Virus record (IMG/VR): IMGVR_UViG_3300010396_000037
DNA length: 64,000 bases
Reading direction: 5' to 3' (one strand)
DNA from: a virus
Shown: positions 19,028 through 29,082 of the stretch, piece after piece
Layout of the letters: every line of letters starts with the position of its first letter
Numbering within the stretch: the first letter of the stretch is position 1
The notes under the pieces: model-generated
The model's database searches: none
What the model saw: only the letters and a program-made list of their open reading frames with translations
Told to the model about the DNA's origin: nothing
Made by a program: the position numbers and the translations under genes

Positions 19028-20736
19028 TGCATATAGAATTTGAAGCTGTCCGATACAAAAATTTTTTGAGTACTGGAAATGATTTCCTAGAAGTTAATCT
19101 GTCAGCCAGCGGAAAGACGCTTGTGGTTGGTAGAAATGGTCATGGCAAGAGCACTTTGTTAGATGCAGTCTATTTTGCTCTATTTGGTCGACCATTCAGG
19201 AACATCAACAAAGGTAAACTAGTCAATTCAATCAACAAGAAACAGTGCGTGGTTGAGCTTAATTTCAAAGTTGGTTCTAACCAGTATCTTGTAAGACGTG
19301 GCATCAAACCAGACGTCTTTGAAGTGTACCAAGATGAAGTGCTGATTGATCAGAACGCGAGTGTGCGTGATGATCAGAAACAATTTGAGAAGAACATTCT
19401 TGGTGGTCTAACTCCAAACGTCTTCAGACAGCTGGTTGTTCTTGGATCAGCTAATTATGTTCCATTCATGCAATTGACGACTGCTCAACGTCGTGAAGTC
19501 ATTGAGAATTTGTTAGACATTAAAGTCTTCTCTGTGATGAACAGTTTGCTCAAAGATAATGTCTCTGAAAATAAGCGCAACATTCAAACCAACCAGAGAG
19601 ATGTTGATAATGTTGATAGTCTGATTACTGCACAAGAAGAACAATTGAGGCTGTCTAATGAAGGACAGCAAGAAAAGAAAGACAAACTTGAAGCAGAGAT
19701 TCAGCTGAAGATTGCAGAGCAAAATAGATTGTCTGATCTTTTCCTTGAATTGAAAGAACCAAGTGAATATGACTTCAGTCAAGAACAGAAGGTGATTGAT
19801 AAGTCATTAAAATTGCGTGACTTCAAGAGTAAAATTGTTGCCAAGATTCAGGGATTTAGCAGTATTGTTTCCTTCTTTGAAAATCATGATACATGCCCTA
19901 CTTGTTCCCAAACAATCACTGAAGAGTTGGCTCAGCAAAAGACGAAAGAAAATCAGACGGAAATTGATAAACTGAAAGATGGAATGGGACAGATTGAAAT
20001 TGAACAAAAAAAGACCAATGATAGACTTCAAGAACTAAAGAATGAAAAAGATGAAAATTCAAAACGAAAGTCTGCCATTGATAACAATACCAGAGCTGTC
20101 GCAGAGATTGAAAGAGAAATAAGATCACTGAGAAGGATGCAGGAAAACATCACGGAAGTTCAGCAACAACCTATCATTGATGCAATTGAGTCCTTGAAAG
20201 ATAAAAAGCGTGAGAGACAAGCGGTCCTGAAGAGTCTTATGGAAGACAAAGAAATCTGTTCCTTGATTGTTCCTATGCTCAAGGATGGTGGCGTGAAAGC
20301 AAAAGTTATTCAACGTTATATTCCTGTGATCAATCAACACATCAACCATTATCTTGAAGCACTTGATTTCTTCGCACAATTTACTTTGGATGAAGAATTC
20401 AATGAGAAGATCCTATCCCGTCATCGTGATGATTTTGAGTACAACTCTTTTTCAGAGGGCGAGAAGTTGAGGATTGATATTGCCATATTGTTCACATGGC
20501 GTGATGTTATGAAGATGCGTAATACCATCACAACCAACCTGTTAATCATGGATGAAATATTGGATCGTTCAATCGATCAACAAGGTGCTGATGAATTTTT
20601 GAAATTGTTAAATGAAGTATCATCCAGCTCAAATGTATTCGTGATATCACATCGTGGAGCTGAATTAGCTGAAAAATTCAACAGAGTTTTGAAATTTGAA
20701 AAGAATGGCAATTATACTACGTTGGTTAATGAGTGA
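19027..20736 (+). CDS. gp46: Recombination ATPase subunit gp46 (Rad50-like)
   Basis: YKNFLSTGN, GRNGHGKST, CPTC zinc hook, FSEGEK, MDE, ISH. Confidence 0.96.
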   Translation: MHIEFEAVRYKNFLSTGNDFLEVNLSASGKTLVVGRNGHGKSTLLDAVYFALFGRPFRNINKGKLVNSINKKQCVVELNFKVGSNQYLVRRGIKPDVFEVYQDEVLIDQNASVRDDQKQFEKNILGGLTPNVFRQLVVLGSANYVPFMQLTTAQRREVIENLLDIKVFSVMNSLLKDNVSENKRNIQTNQRDVDNVDSLITAQEEQLRLSNEGQQEKKDKLEAEIQLKIAEQNRLSDLFLELKEPSEYDFSQEQKVIDKSLKLRDFKSKIVAKIQGFSSIVSFFENHDTCPTCSQTITEELAQQKTKENQTEIDKLKDGMGQIEIEQKKTNDRLQELKNEKDENSKRKSAIDNNTRAVAEIEREIRSLRRMQENITEVQQQPIIDAIESLKDKKRERQAVLKSLMEDKEICSLIVPMLKDGGVKAKVIQRYIPVINQHINHYLEALDFFAQFTLDEEFNEKILSRHRDDFEYNSFSEGEKLRIDIAILFTWRDVMKMRNTITTNLLIMDEILDRSIDQQGADEFLKLLNEVSSSSNVFVISHRGAELAEKFNRVLKFEKNGNYTTLVNE

Positions 20737-20745
20737 GATCAAATA

Positions 20746-22101
20746 ATGCAATTGAATCAGAACGCTGAAAAGATAGTATTACCTGCTCCTTACAACATGG
20801 ATTATTTGTTGGGTGAATGGTTGGACAAAGAGCATTATGATCGTGTGATTGATAGTGATTGTGATGCTTATCAGAAACCATTATTTGGCGATGTGACTGA
20901 ACAGAATTGTTTGTTCCGTTTTAGAAAGAATGTCTTTTCAGAAAATGAACAATCTCAAGCCTATGAAGGACTGATTAACGCAGCTGGTCAGTCTCAAAAT
21001 AGAGGCATGGCGGCTGGCACACGTCATGAAAAATTGAATCAACGTGAGTGGGTCACAGATGCACAACAGGATCTTCTGGATTCTGTTTTTGCGCCTGCTA
21101 GATTAGATGGCAGAGACCCTGTTCAAGAAGCGCTGGACGCTTATCATCCTTCCACTGGTCAATCCCCTGGCAGCAGTGTGCGTGGAACCGTTTGGTTGAG
21201 GGAAAAGATCACTTCAACTTACAACAATTACAATGTGAATGATATCGTTGTTCAGTTTCTCAAGGAAAAAGTCAAGCCTGCTTCCTACCTGGAACGTCAA
21301 CAGCTGGTCAGAGAATTTATCGATCAATATCAATCAGATACAAATTATGCCAATCCTGTGAATTCAGGTGTTGCTGGCGCAATGGGTCGTTACCCAAGAA
21401 TCCCTTATGCACGATTGACTTCTTATAGTCGTGACTATCCAGAACTCTTTGCCAAGAGTTTCCCTTATTTGCATGACTTGAACCAATTTTTCAAGGAGCT
21501 GTTGCCAAATCGTTGGCAATTACAACGTGACGCAGCTGATAAGATTGATCCCAGATTTCTTGTGGCCGACACTGTCTTCAGTACAATCACGGTAAACAAA
21601 ACGTTTCGCACGGCTGCTCATCGTGATGCTGGAGACTTTGGTCCTGGCTTCTCTAATCTTGGAGTTGTTTCAGCTGGCAAATCCTACAAGGGTGGTTATC
21701 TTGTACTTCCTGAATTTAAAGTGGCTATCAATATTCGTCCGGGTGATTTGTTATTGATTGACAATCATGCGTGTATTCATGGTAACACTCCAATTGAACC
21801 TGAAGATTCAAATGATAGTCCTGAAGACATTATTCGTTGTAGTGTTGTTGCCTACTTGAGAGAAGATTTATTGGAAGCGGGTGTAAAGGAATATGAAGAT
21901 GCCCGTTATCAATTTATTGAAGAACGTCGCAATAACAAAAGTCATCCGCTTTGGCGTGAACGCTGGAATGGAGTTTCGCCATCATGGGACAGTTCTGAAG
22001 AGTGGTTCAACTGGCTGAAGAATAAATATGGAAGCCAAGGTGATGAGTGGATTCAAAAACATCACCATGTGCAAACTAATCTGGAAAGTTTCTTCGCATG
22101 A
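20746..22101 (+). CDS. 2OG-Fe(II) dioxygenase, TET/JBP family (5-methylpyrimidine oxidase)
   Basis: FSTITVNK.FRTAAHRDAGD (HxD), GGYLVLPE...PGDLLLID.H..IHGNT (distal H), RCSVVAY.RE (2OG-binding R). Confidence 0.85.
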   Translation: MQLNQNAEKIVLPAPYNMDYLLGEWLDKEHYDRVIDSDCDAYQKPLFGDVTEQNCLFRFRKNVFSENEQSQAYEGLINAAGQSQNRGMAAGTRHEKLNQREWVTDAQQDLLDSVFAPARLDGRDPVQEALDAYHPSTGQSPGSSVRGTVWLREKITSTYNNYNVNDIVVQFLKEKVKPASYLERQQLVREFIDQYQSDTNYANPVNSGVAGAMGRYPRIPYARLTSYSRDYPELFAKSFPYLHDLNQFFKELLPNRWQLQRDAADKIDPRFLVADTVFSTITVNKTFRTAAHRDAGDFGPGFSNLGVVSAGKSYKGGYLVLPEFKVAINIRPGDLLLIDNHACIHGNTPIEPEDSNDSPEDIIRCSVVAYLREDLLEAGVKEYEDARYQFIEERRNNKSHPLWRERWNGVSPSWDSSEEWFNWLKNKYGSQGDEWIQKHHHVQTNLESFFA

Positions 22102-22649
22102 ACAATGTTACAGGAACAGCTAAATTAACTGACCCGTTGGATAGAGATTTAATTCCTTCATCACACAAGTTGTTGCATGAAGTCATGCCTGTGTTTAATT
22201 TTATGAACCCAGACATGAGTCCTGTGGAGTTGTATAATATATTGGGTCATAACATGGTCCGTTACAATGGACTAGGACTATCCGCTAATCAATTAGGTAT
22301 CCGTGCTCGCTGTTTTGTTATGCGAGCCGAGGAAATAATTCCAGTGTTCAATCCTAGAATTATTTCTACTTCTACTGAAACAGTCATGATGAAGGAAGGT
22401 TGTTTGAGTTTCCCTAATCTTGCACTGTCGGTGGAACGTCCAAGACAAATCAAAGCTCGTTTTTTTGATCCTACTGGTCAAGCTAAAACTGTTGACTTGA
22501 TTGGATTATCTGCTCATGTATTCCTGCATGAAATGAATCATTTGGATGGTATAACTTTTGATCAACTTGCTAAACCATTCGCGTTGAAACTAGCCAAGGA
22601 GAAGGCTGCCAAACTTAACAAGAAATTAAACAGAGGACGTAAAGCATGA
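22098..22649 (+). CDS. def: Peptide deformylase
   Basis: GLGLSANQLG, EGCLS, HEMNHLDG. Confidence 0.95.
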   Translation: MNNVTGTAKLTDPLDRDLIPSSHKLLHEVMPVFNFMNPDMSPVELYNILGHNMVRYNGLGLSANQLGIRARCFVMRAEEIIPVFNPRIISTSTETVMMKEGCLSFPNLALSVERPRQIKARFFDPTGQAKTVDLIGLSAHVFLHEMNHLDGITFDQLAKPFALKLAKEKAAKLNKKLNRGRKA

Positions 22650-23356
22650 GTAAGATGCTCTTTTTGGATATAGAAACTGCGCCATCAGTTGCGTATGTTT
22701 GGTCATTATTTGGTAATGATGTCATTCCTATTGATAGAATTGTAAGTCCTGGCTACACTCTTTGCTTCAGTGCAAAATGGAAAAATAAAAGTAAGATGCA
22801 TTTCCATTCCGTACATACAGATGGCAAAAAGAAGATGCTTGAAGCTGCATGGAATTATCTTGACGAAGCTGATACAGTTTGCCACTACAATGGCGCTAGT
22901 TTTGATATTCCGACATTGCGTGGTGAGTTCATGACCAACCATATGATGCCTCCTTCTCCATTCGTACAGATTGATCTCTATAAGACAATCAAAACAGCGA
23001 AGTTGGCAAGCCGCAAACTTGATTATGTTTGCGACCAACTGGGTCTTGGAAATAAAGTAAGACATAAGGGAATGGGTCTGTGGAAAGGATGCATGGCAGG
23101 TAAAGCAGCAGACTGGAAAATCATGACACGCTACAACAAACATGATGTGGTACTGCTTGAAGACTTGTTCTATGAAATTGAACCTTGGGTGAATGGCATT
23201 CCTGCTAGCAAAGATGAATGCAAGCATGTCAACATTATCAAGAAAGGAACATATGCTACGAACAGTAGTGTATATCAGAGGCATTATTGCAAGGATTGCA
23301 ATCACTACATCAAAGGCCAATTATTGTATCGTGTTCCTATGAAATTGAGAGCGTAA
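22646..23356 (+). CDS. DnaQ/RNase H-like (DEDDy) exonuclease with C-terminal Zn ribbon
   Basis: LDIET, HYNG.SFD, KLDY, YNKHDV; C..H...HYCKDC. Confidence 0.8.
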   Translation: MSKMLFLDIETAPSVAYVWSLFGNDVIPIDRIVSPGYTLCFSAKWKNKSKMHFHSVHTDGKKKMLEAAWNYLDEADTVCHYNGASFDIPTLRGEFMTNHMMPPSPFVQIDLYKTIKTAKLASRKLDYVCDQLGLGNKVRHKGMGLWKGCMAGKAADWKIMTRYNKHDVVLLEDLFYEIEPWVNGIPASKDECKHVNIIKKGTYATNSSVYQRHYCKDCNHYIKGQLLYRVPMKLRA

Positions 23357-23357
23357 T

Positions 23358-23642
23358 ATGAGTGATGTTAAAGTAGTGAAATTGATTACAGGTGAAGAGC
23401 TTTTGGCTTCTGTGACAGATTATGTAGAGACAATGATGCTTGAAAAGCCATATGTCATGGTGATGGGTCCAGAAGGTGCTGGTATTATGCCTTGGATGCC
23501 TTACGCTGAGACTGATAATGTGGAAATTGATAAGAACAAAGTCATTGCTGTTTTAGAGCTTAAAGAGTCTGTTAAGCAGTCTTACAGTAAGATGGTTGGT
23601 AAGATCATTTTGAATGAGAGTAAAATTCATTTAGCGAGCTGA
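23358..23642 (+). CDS. Small conserved T4-like protein (Sm-like fold candidate)
   Basis: VKLITGEE..A....P......PW.PY pattern. Confidence 0.65.
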   Translation: MSDVKVVKLITGEELLASVTDYVETMMLEKPYVMVMGPEGAGIMPWMPYAETDNVEIDKNKVIAVLELKESVKQSYSKMVGKIILNESKIHLAS

Positions 23643-23647
23643 TTAAC

Positions 23648-23827
23648 ATGGATATTATTGATATTTTGGGATTGATATTATTTTTGTATGCGGTTACAAC
23701 TACAATAGCATTGTTAATTACTGATTTTATTGTGAAAGAAGATTTTGGTTGGTTTCAGGCATTTCTATGTTTCATTTGGCCTGTATCCTTGATTGCATAT
23801 TTGATAAACAGAATGTGGGAGAAATAA
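23648..23827 (+). CDS. Small membrane protein (59 aa)
   Basis: Manual translation MDIIDILGLILFLYAV...FIWPVSLIAYLINRMWEK. Confidence 0.55.
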   Translation: MDIIDILGLILFLYAVTTTIALLITDFIVKEDFGWFQAFLCFIWPVSLIAYLINRMWEK

Positions 23828-24118
23828 ATGAATAATCCTGTTAAGATTCGTGCGAAGTTCCGTGTAGCACAAGTTTTACCTTATAAGAATGAAAATGGTC
23901 AGACCACTCTAGAACATTGGGAAATGTATGCTGTTGGAGGTAATGGTGTACGTCATGGTTATCCTGAAGACGGTTCAGATGAAGATAATACTTTTTCTAA
24001 GTGGACACCTAATGCTCATCTGACTATGGATGTTCAGAATCCTAATTTGTTTGGAATGCTGAAAGTCAATGATAAGTATTATGTCGACTTCACTTTGGCT
24101 GAAGAAACAACTGTATGA
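23828..24118 (+). CDS. Hypothetical protein
   Basis: RAKF.V...E...F.KWTP......NP......YYVDFT; coupled to neighbours. Confidence 0.65.
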   Translation: MNNPVKIRAKFRVAQVLPYKNENGQTTLEHWEMYAVGGNGVRHGYPEDGSDEDNTFSKWTPNAHLTMDVQNPNLFGMLKVNDKYYVDFTLAEETTV

Positions 24119-24276
24119 TTACAGAAGAACAGGCTAGACTGTTGTGTGAAGCGTTTGGAGTTTTTGAGTTGCTCCAGGATGAAGAGGAAACTGGACTTCT
24201 AGAAGAACATAATCCTTCAATGCTGGATGCGTATATAGACTTGTACCAGATGGCTTATGGAGAAGGATGGTCATGA
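24115..24276 (+). CDS. Small acidic hypothetical protein
   Basis: Manual translation MITEEQARLLCEAFG...; ATGA overlaps on both sides. Confidence 0.5.
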   Translation: MITEEQARLLCEAFGVFELLQDEEETGLLEEHNPSMLDAYIDLYQMAYGEGWS

Positions 24277-24440
24277 AAACTTACGCTGTAATTGATGATT
24301 TTGGTGATGATTGGGAGGAAGGACGCATCGTCCATGAGGCAGATACTCTGGACAGAGTTTATGAATGGGCAGAAGAAAATAATTTTCATAGCGCGTCCAT
24401 AGTGTCCATCGAAGATGATATCAGAGAGATTGTAAGATGA
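24273..24440 (+). CDS. Small acidic hypothetical protein
   Basis: MKTYAVIDDFGDDWEEG...; SD-like GAAGGA upstream. Confidence 0.5.
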   Translation: MKTYAVIDDFGDDWEEGRIVHEADTLDRVYEWAEENNFHSASIVSIEDDIREIVR

Positions 24441-24491
24441 AGAGTGATAAGCTAATGGTACCAGTTGGCATTACAAAGGCTAAGAAATAAC

Positions 24492-25358
24492 ATGGAATTA
24501 AAGATCACCAGAGAAGAATTTTCAAAGAAGAAACTTATGATCTGCTGCCCTATGTATGGCGGCATGTGCACTGGCGTTTTCACACAATCAATGTTGAAAC
24601 TTCAAGGATTGTGCCAACAATATGGGATTGGATTTTCAATCAATTTCCTTTTCAATGAGTCTCTGATTCAGAGAGCTAGAACCTATTTGACTGATAGTTT
24701 TATGCGTTCTGATTGCACGCATCTTTTGTTTATTGACTCTGATATTCAATTTGAAGCCAATGATGTGCTCTTTCTTCTTGGTTTGCAGACTGATGAGTCA
24801 CCTTATGATATCATAGGTGGTGCATATCCAAAGAAGACCATCTCGTGGGAGAAGGTAAAGCAAGCGGTGGATGCAGGAGCTGCTGACAAGAATCCAGCTG
24901 ATCTTGAAAATTTCGTTGGAGACTTTGTCTTCAATCCAGTGATGCCAGATGAAGTAAAAGAAGGTCAAGCATACCAATTGCGTTTAGATGAGCCTGTAGA
25001 GATTATGGAGTTGGGCACAGGTTTTATGATGATCAGACGCTCTTCATTAAAGAAATGGGAAGACGCGCATTCTGACAGACTGTATTTGCCTGATCATGTA
25101 CGCACCAAAGATTTCGATGGGTCAAGAGAAATTTACGAATACTTCACGGTCAAGGTTGATCCTAAGAGCAAGAGACTCCTATCTGAAGACTATCAACTCT
25201 GTCATGAGTTCCGTGATCTTGGAATGAAAGTGTGGTTGTGCCCATGGATGCGATTGGGTCATCTTGGCAGTTATTTGTTTGGAGGATCATTACCAGCATT
25301 GGCTAGCGTAGGAGTTTCAGCCACTGCTGATCCTTCCAAGCTTGTTGATAAGAAATAA
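24492..25358 (+). CDS. GT-A fold glycosyltransferase
   Basis: PMYGG, NESLI.RAR, THLLFIDSDI (DxD), GGAYPKK, GTGFMMI.R, LSEDY..C, L.H.G. Confidence 0.85.
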   Translation: MELKITREEFSKKKLMICCPMYGGMCTGVFTQSMLKLQGLCQQYGIGFSINFLFNESLIQRARTYLTDSFMRSDCTHLLFIDSDIQFEANDVLFLLGLQTDESPYDIIGGAYPKKTISWEKVKQAVDAGAADKNPADLENFVGDFVFNPVMPDEVKEGQAYQLRLDEPVEIMELGTGFMMIRRSSLKKWEDAHSDRLYLPDHVRTKDFDGSREIYEYFTVKVDPKSKRLLSEDYQLCHEFRDLGMKVWLCPWMRLGHLGSYLFGGSLPALASVGVSATADPSKLVDKK

Positions 25359-25369
25359 GGAAGAACATT

Positions 25370-25792
25370 ATGTGTGTTGTATCATTCGTTGGCAAGCATT
25401 ATGAGGATGAATTCAGTAAGAAGCCGTACAGGCCATGGGAAGCTCCGACAGTTCCGGGTTGGCCACCAACATATTATCCAAAACCATCTGATGAAGAAGT
25501 GAAGAGGCAAATAGAGAAACTTCAAAATGGTGTTGTTTCTAACGAAGAAATCAAGAAACAGGTTGAAGAGCTTAGAAAGCAAGTAGAAGAGATGAAAAAG
25601 TTCTTGATTGAAGCTCTTGAATATGACAGACTTTACAAACAACCAGATTGTGAAAATGATCTCAAGATTGCATTCTTGAAGAAAGTTGCGGAGTCAGTTG
25701 GTCTAACCTTGGATGATATTTTTCCAAACAAACCAACTCCACCACCTTCCCGTTTGATAAAGGAACACCAGACTCCTAAAAAGAAGAAATAA
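25370..25792 (+). CDS. Hypothetical coiled-coil protein
   Basis: AGGA SD; MCVVS..., heptads, QPDCE. Confidence 0.6.
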   Translation: MCVVSFVGKHYEDEFSKKPYRPWEAPTVPGWPPTYYPKPSDEEVKRQIEKLQNGVVSNEEIKKQVEELRKQVEEMKKFLIEALEYDRLYKQPDCENDLKIAFLKKVAESVGLTLDDIFPNKPTPPPSRLIKEHQTPKKKK

Positions 25793-25795
25793 TAG

Positions 25796-26035
25796 ATGGA
25801 TTTTGAAGCTAATCTGACTTCCTTTTGTAGTGAAATACAATACTTGGTAAACAATGGCCACACTTATCTGGAGTCATTGACTTTGTATATTGATATGCAC
25901 AATTTGGATGTTGAAACTGTTTCACAGATGGTTAAAAAGAACAAAGCATTGATGGAGAATTTAGCAGCGGAATGCTCTGAAAACATGATGTTAAAAACCA
26001 AGAAAAAAGATTCATTGAAAAAGTTTTTGAAGTAA
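25796..26035 (+). CDS. gp33: Late transcription coactivator gp33
   Basis: F..EI..LV.....YLE....Y......E.......L...L..E......LK; C-terminal SLKKFL. Confidence 0.75.
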   Translation: MDFEANLTSFCSEIQYLVNNGHTYLESLTLYIDMHNLDVETVSQMVKKNKALMENLAAECSENMMLKTKKKDSLKKFLK

Positions 26036-26048
26036 AGCGATATACAAT
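26024..26048 (+). promoter_or_regulatory. TTTTTGAA-N11-TACAAT promoter-like motif upstream of the gp45-44-62-regA operon
   Basis: Motif recurrence. Confidence 0.6.
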
Positions 26049-26068
26049 AATTGAATTGGAGATAGTCT

Positions 26069-26269
26069 ATGTCTGAAAATAATAATACTAACTATGGTGG
26101 AATCGGTTTCACTGGATTGTTAACCATAGTGTTCATCGTTTTGAAGCTGACGCATGTTATTAATTGGTCATGGTGGTGGGTTCTAGCACCTACTTTAATC
26201 CCATTAGGATTGATTGTAATTATTTTGTTGATAGCGACGTTTGTCTTTTATATTAACAGTAGGAGTTGA
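26069..26269 (+). CDS. Small membrane protein
   Basis: GGIGF.GLLTIVFIVLKL..VI.WSWWWVLAP. Confidence 0.7.
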   Translation: MSENNNTNYGGIGFTGLLTIVFIVLKLTHVINWSWWWVLAPTLIPLGLIVIILLIATFVFYINSRS

Positions 26270-26271
26270 TT

Positions 26272-26952
26272 ATGAAGTTGTCTGAACGCACTGTTTCATT
26301 ATTGAAAAATTTCGCTGGTATCAATCCCAGCATCCTGATCAAACCAGGAAATGTTTTGCAAACTATCAATCCAATGAGTAGCGTGATTGCGACTGCCACG
26401 ATTGAAGAGTCTTTCCCTAAAGAATTTGCGATCTATGACTTGAATCAGTTCTTGTCTGCAATTTCTATGTTCAAGGATTGCAACATTGAATTTGGTGAAG
26501 GATATCTAGAGTTGAAGGGTGAGGGAAGTGCGACGATTCGCTATTGGTGCGCTGAACCATCTTTGATTAAGTCAAAGGTGTCTGAAGTTAAGTTGCCAAG
26601 CGAAGATGTTCAATTCAATTTATCTGAAACAGCATTGTCTAAGGTTCTGAAAGCTGCTTCAATTCTTGCTTTGCCGGAGCTTGCTTTTGCATCTAATGGT
26701 GATACACTATCTGTTAAGGCAATTGATAGTCGCTCTAGTTCAAGCAATTCAATGGATGTTGAATTGTGCAAGAATGAAAGTGGTAGCAAATTCAATATTA
26801 TCTTCCAGGTTGATAACTTGAAGATGCTTGTTCAAGACTATGCTGTGACAGTTTGCGCCAAGGGTATTACCAAGTTTCATAGCACAGGCAAGAATGAATA
26901 TGAATTGACATATTATGTAGCTTCATCTGTTCACTCAACATTCGCGAAGTAA
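26272..26952 (+). CDS. gp45: Sliding clamp gp45
   Basis: MKLS..T..LLKNF..IN.SI, F.IYDL..FL, NLKM....Y.V, Y.VA. Confidence 0.96.
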   Translation: MKLSERTVSLLKNFAGINPSILIKPGNVLQTINPMSSVIATATIEESFPKEFAIYDLNQFLSAISMFKDCNIEFGEGYLELKGEGSATIRYWCAEPSLIKSKVSEVKLPSEDVQFNLSETALSKVLKAASILALPELAFASNGDTLSVKAIDSRSSSSNSMDVELCKNESGSKFNIIFQVDNLKMLVQDYAVTVCAKGITKFHSTGKNEYELTYYVASSVHSTFAK

Positions 26953-26963
26953 GAGGCAATAAA

Positions 26964-27911
26964 GTGATTTCTACTAATACTAATGAATTTTTGTGGGTCG
27001 AAAAATTTCGTCCCAAGACAGTTTCAGAAACTATTCTTCCAACAACATTGAAGAAAACATTTCAGACGTTTGTTGATCAGAAGAATATTCCTAACTTGTT
27101 GTTGAATGGTGGCGCAGGGATTGGCAAGACTACCGTAGCTAAAGCTATGTGCAGTGAGTTGGACTGTGATGTTCTATCAATCAACGCAAGTCTAAATGGT
27201 AATGTTGATACACTAAGGAATGAAATAGCACAATTCGCTTCTACTATGTCTTTCAAGACTGGTAGAAAGATTGTATTCCTGGATGAAGCTGATGCGTTGA
27301 CTGATGCAACTCAAAAGGGTTTGCGTGGCTTCATGGAAGAGTTTGCATCAAACTGTGGATTCATTCTGACTTGTAATTTCAAAAACAGGATCATTGATCC
27401 TCTTCATTCAAGACTTTCTATCATTGAGTTCTCCATTCCAAAAGAAGAACAACCAAAGCTAGCTATGGAATTCTTCAAGAGAATGGAAGAAATCTTGGAG
27501 ACTGAAGGAGTTGGTTATGATAAGGAAGCTGTGGTTGCTCTAATCAAACAGCATTTTCCAGATTGGAGGAGAGTGATCGGTGAGCTTCAACGCTACAGTG
27601 CTACAGGGTACATAAATACAGGTGTACTGGCAACTGTAAAAGATGAAGATTTTGACGAATTGGTTGGGTTGTTGAAGAACAAGAAGTGGAATGAGATGAG
27701 AAAGTGGGTGGGTGAACACACTGATGTTGAACCAAACGCATTACTCCGCAGGTTCTATGATCAATCCAAGTCGGTTGTTAAACCTGCGTCAATTCCAACG
27801 TTGGTGTTATTGCTAGCTGAAACTCAATACAAGTTGCAGTTTTCAGCTGATTCAGAAATTTGTATCGCTGCATTTCTAACTCAAGTTATGAGTGAAGTTT
27901 CATTTACTTAA
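26964..27911 (+). CDS. gp44: Clamp loader large subunit gp44
   Basis: LWVEKFRP, G.AGIGKTT, DEAD, LRGFMEEF, PLHSR, FPDWRR. Confidence 0.96.
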   Translation: MISTNTNEFLWVEKFRPKTVSETILPTTLKKTFQTFVDQKNIPNLLLNGGAGIGKTTVAKAMCSELDCDVLSINASLNGNVDTLRNEIAQFASTMSFKTGRKIVFLDEADALTDATQKGLRGFMEEFASNCGFILTCNFKNRIIDPLHSRLSIIEFSIPKEEQPKLAMEFFKRMEEILETEGVGYDKEAVVALIKQHFPDWRRVIGELQRYSATGYINTGVLATVKDEDFDELVGLLKNKKWNEMRKWVGEHTDVEPNALLRRFYDQSKSVVKPASIPTLVLLLAETQYKLQFSADSEICIAAFLTQVMSEVSFT

Positions 27912-27922
27912 ACAGGTGATTT

Positions 27923-28123
27923 ATGGTATTCAAGAAGAAAGTTAAACCAACATTTGAACAGTGGTCTCAACTAAAGGAAACAATTACACAATTTCCGTTG
28001 ACTCCAGCTGTTATTGTTTCGGAGTTTCAAAAGAGTCGTGGTGTAGACTTGAATCGTGTGCGTATTGATGCTATGCGCGAAGAATATGAGAAAATTTATG
28101 GCGAAGGCGAAGAAAACTTGTGA
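27923..28123 (+). CDS. Hypothetical protein between gp44 and gp62
   Basis: AGGTG SD; 66 aa. Confidence 0.6.
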   Translation: MVFKKKVKPTFEQWSQLKETITQFPLTPAVIVSEFQKSRGVDLNRVRIDAMREEYEKIYGEGEENL

Positions 28124-28565
28124 GGTTGCAGAACTAACAGATGGTACAAAAGTAGGACTGTTTGATCTAATATCAGACGTATCTTACAACAAGACTGACT
28201 TGTTGCATGACAAACGTACTGGACTGGTCAAGACAAATGTTCTAAGAGTCTATGTTCCTTACATGGTTAACAGAGCATTTTCATTAGACCTGTCGTCTAT
28301 TCTTGATGCTCAGATTATGAATGAGTCCTACTTCCTGAATCCTGATATTCAGCATGATTTTTATCTACATGCATTGCGTAAGGCAAAACGATTCAACAAA
28401 TGGCCCAAAACAGTTATTGAAGATGAAATCAAGATCATTTCTGAAGAATATCAAGTTAATGTCAAGCAGGCCAGAGAAATTGCCAGAACTTTGACTAAAG
28501 AACAAAAAAACATCATTCTAACAAAACAACAAAGCAAGGGTGGCAAAGATGGAAGAAAACAATGA
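28098..28565 (+). CDS. gp62: Clamp loader small subunit gp62
   Basis: Y.PYMVNRAFS...D......MN....Q.DF....LRK.KRF.KW; C-terminal KGG. Confidence 0.9.
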   Translation: MAKAKKTCEVAELTDGTKVGLFDLISDVSYNKTDLLHDKRTGLVKTNVLRVYVPYMVNRAFSLDLSSILDAQIMNESYFLNPDIQHDFYLHALRKAKRFNKWPKTVIEDEIKIISEEYQVNVKQAREIARTLTKEQKNIILTKQQSKGGKDGRKQ

Positions 28566-28968
28566 TCCGTTTGATGGAGTTGGTCTGAGGATCACCCTTC
28601 CGAGCACTGATGGTGCCTTTTTAAAGATCAAGGAAACTTTGACCCGTGTAGGGTTATATTCAAAGTCTGATGGTCGTCAAGTGTTGGTGCAGTCATGCCA
28701 TATTCTTCACAAGCGTGGCGAATATGCAATTGTACATTTCAAGGAAATGTTTTCTCTGGATCATAGGGATTCAACTTTTACTTATCAAGACGAGGCAAGA
28801 CGAGACGCTATCGCAATTTTGCTTCAAGAGTGGGGTTTGTTAACTCTGCTCGACCAACCTGCCACTTTAGAGGCTGATCGAAAGGCAGCGAAGTTCAAAG
28901 TTGTGTCCTACAAAGATAAATCTAATTGGTTGTTGAAGAGTAAGTACACGTTTTCGCAGAGAAAGTAA
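28549..28968 (+). CDS. regA: Translational repressor RegA
   Basis: FLKIKETLTR.G, L.QSCHILHKRG.Y.IVHFKEMF.LD, LL.EWGL, W.L..KY. Confidence 0.96.
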   Translation: MEENNDPFDGVGLRITLPSTDGAFLKIKETLTRVGLYSKSDGRQVLVQSCHILHKRGEYAIVHFKEMFSLDHRDSTFTYQDEARRDAIAILLQEWGLLTLLDQPATLEADRKAAKFKVVSYKDKSNWLLKSKYTFSQRK

Positions 28969-28977
28969 GAGCAGAGA

Positions 28978-29082
28978 ATGAAATTAGACATGTGCGTCTA
29001 CATTCTTTACAGTTTAGGGTCATGCTGTTTTCTGGCAGGGTCGCTATTAACCATTTGGTTGAAACTGAGAGGAATACAATGA
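28978..29082 (+). CDS. Small hydrophobic peptide (34 aa)
   Basis: MKLDMCVYILYSLGSCCFLAGSLLTIWLKLRGIQ; ATGA overlap with next gene. Confidence 0.45.
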   Translation: MKLDMCVYILYSLGSCCFLAGSLLTIWLKLRGIQ

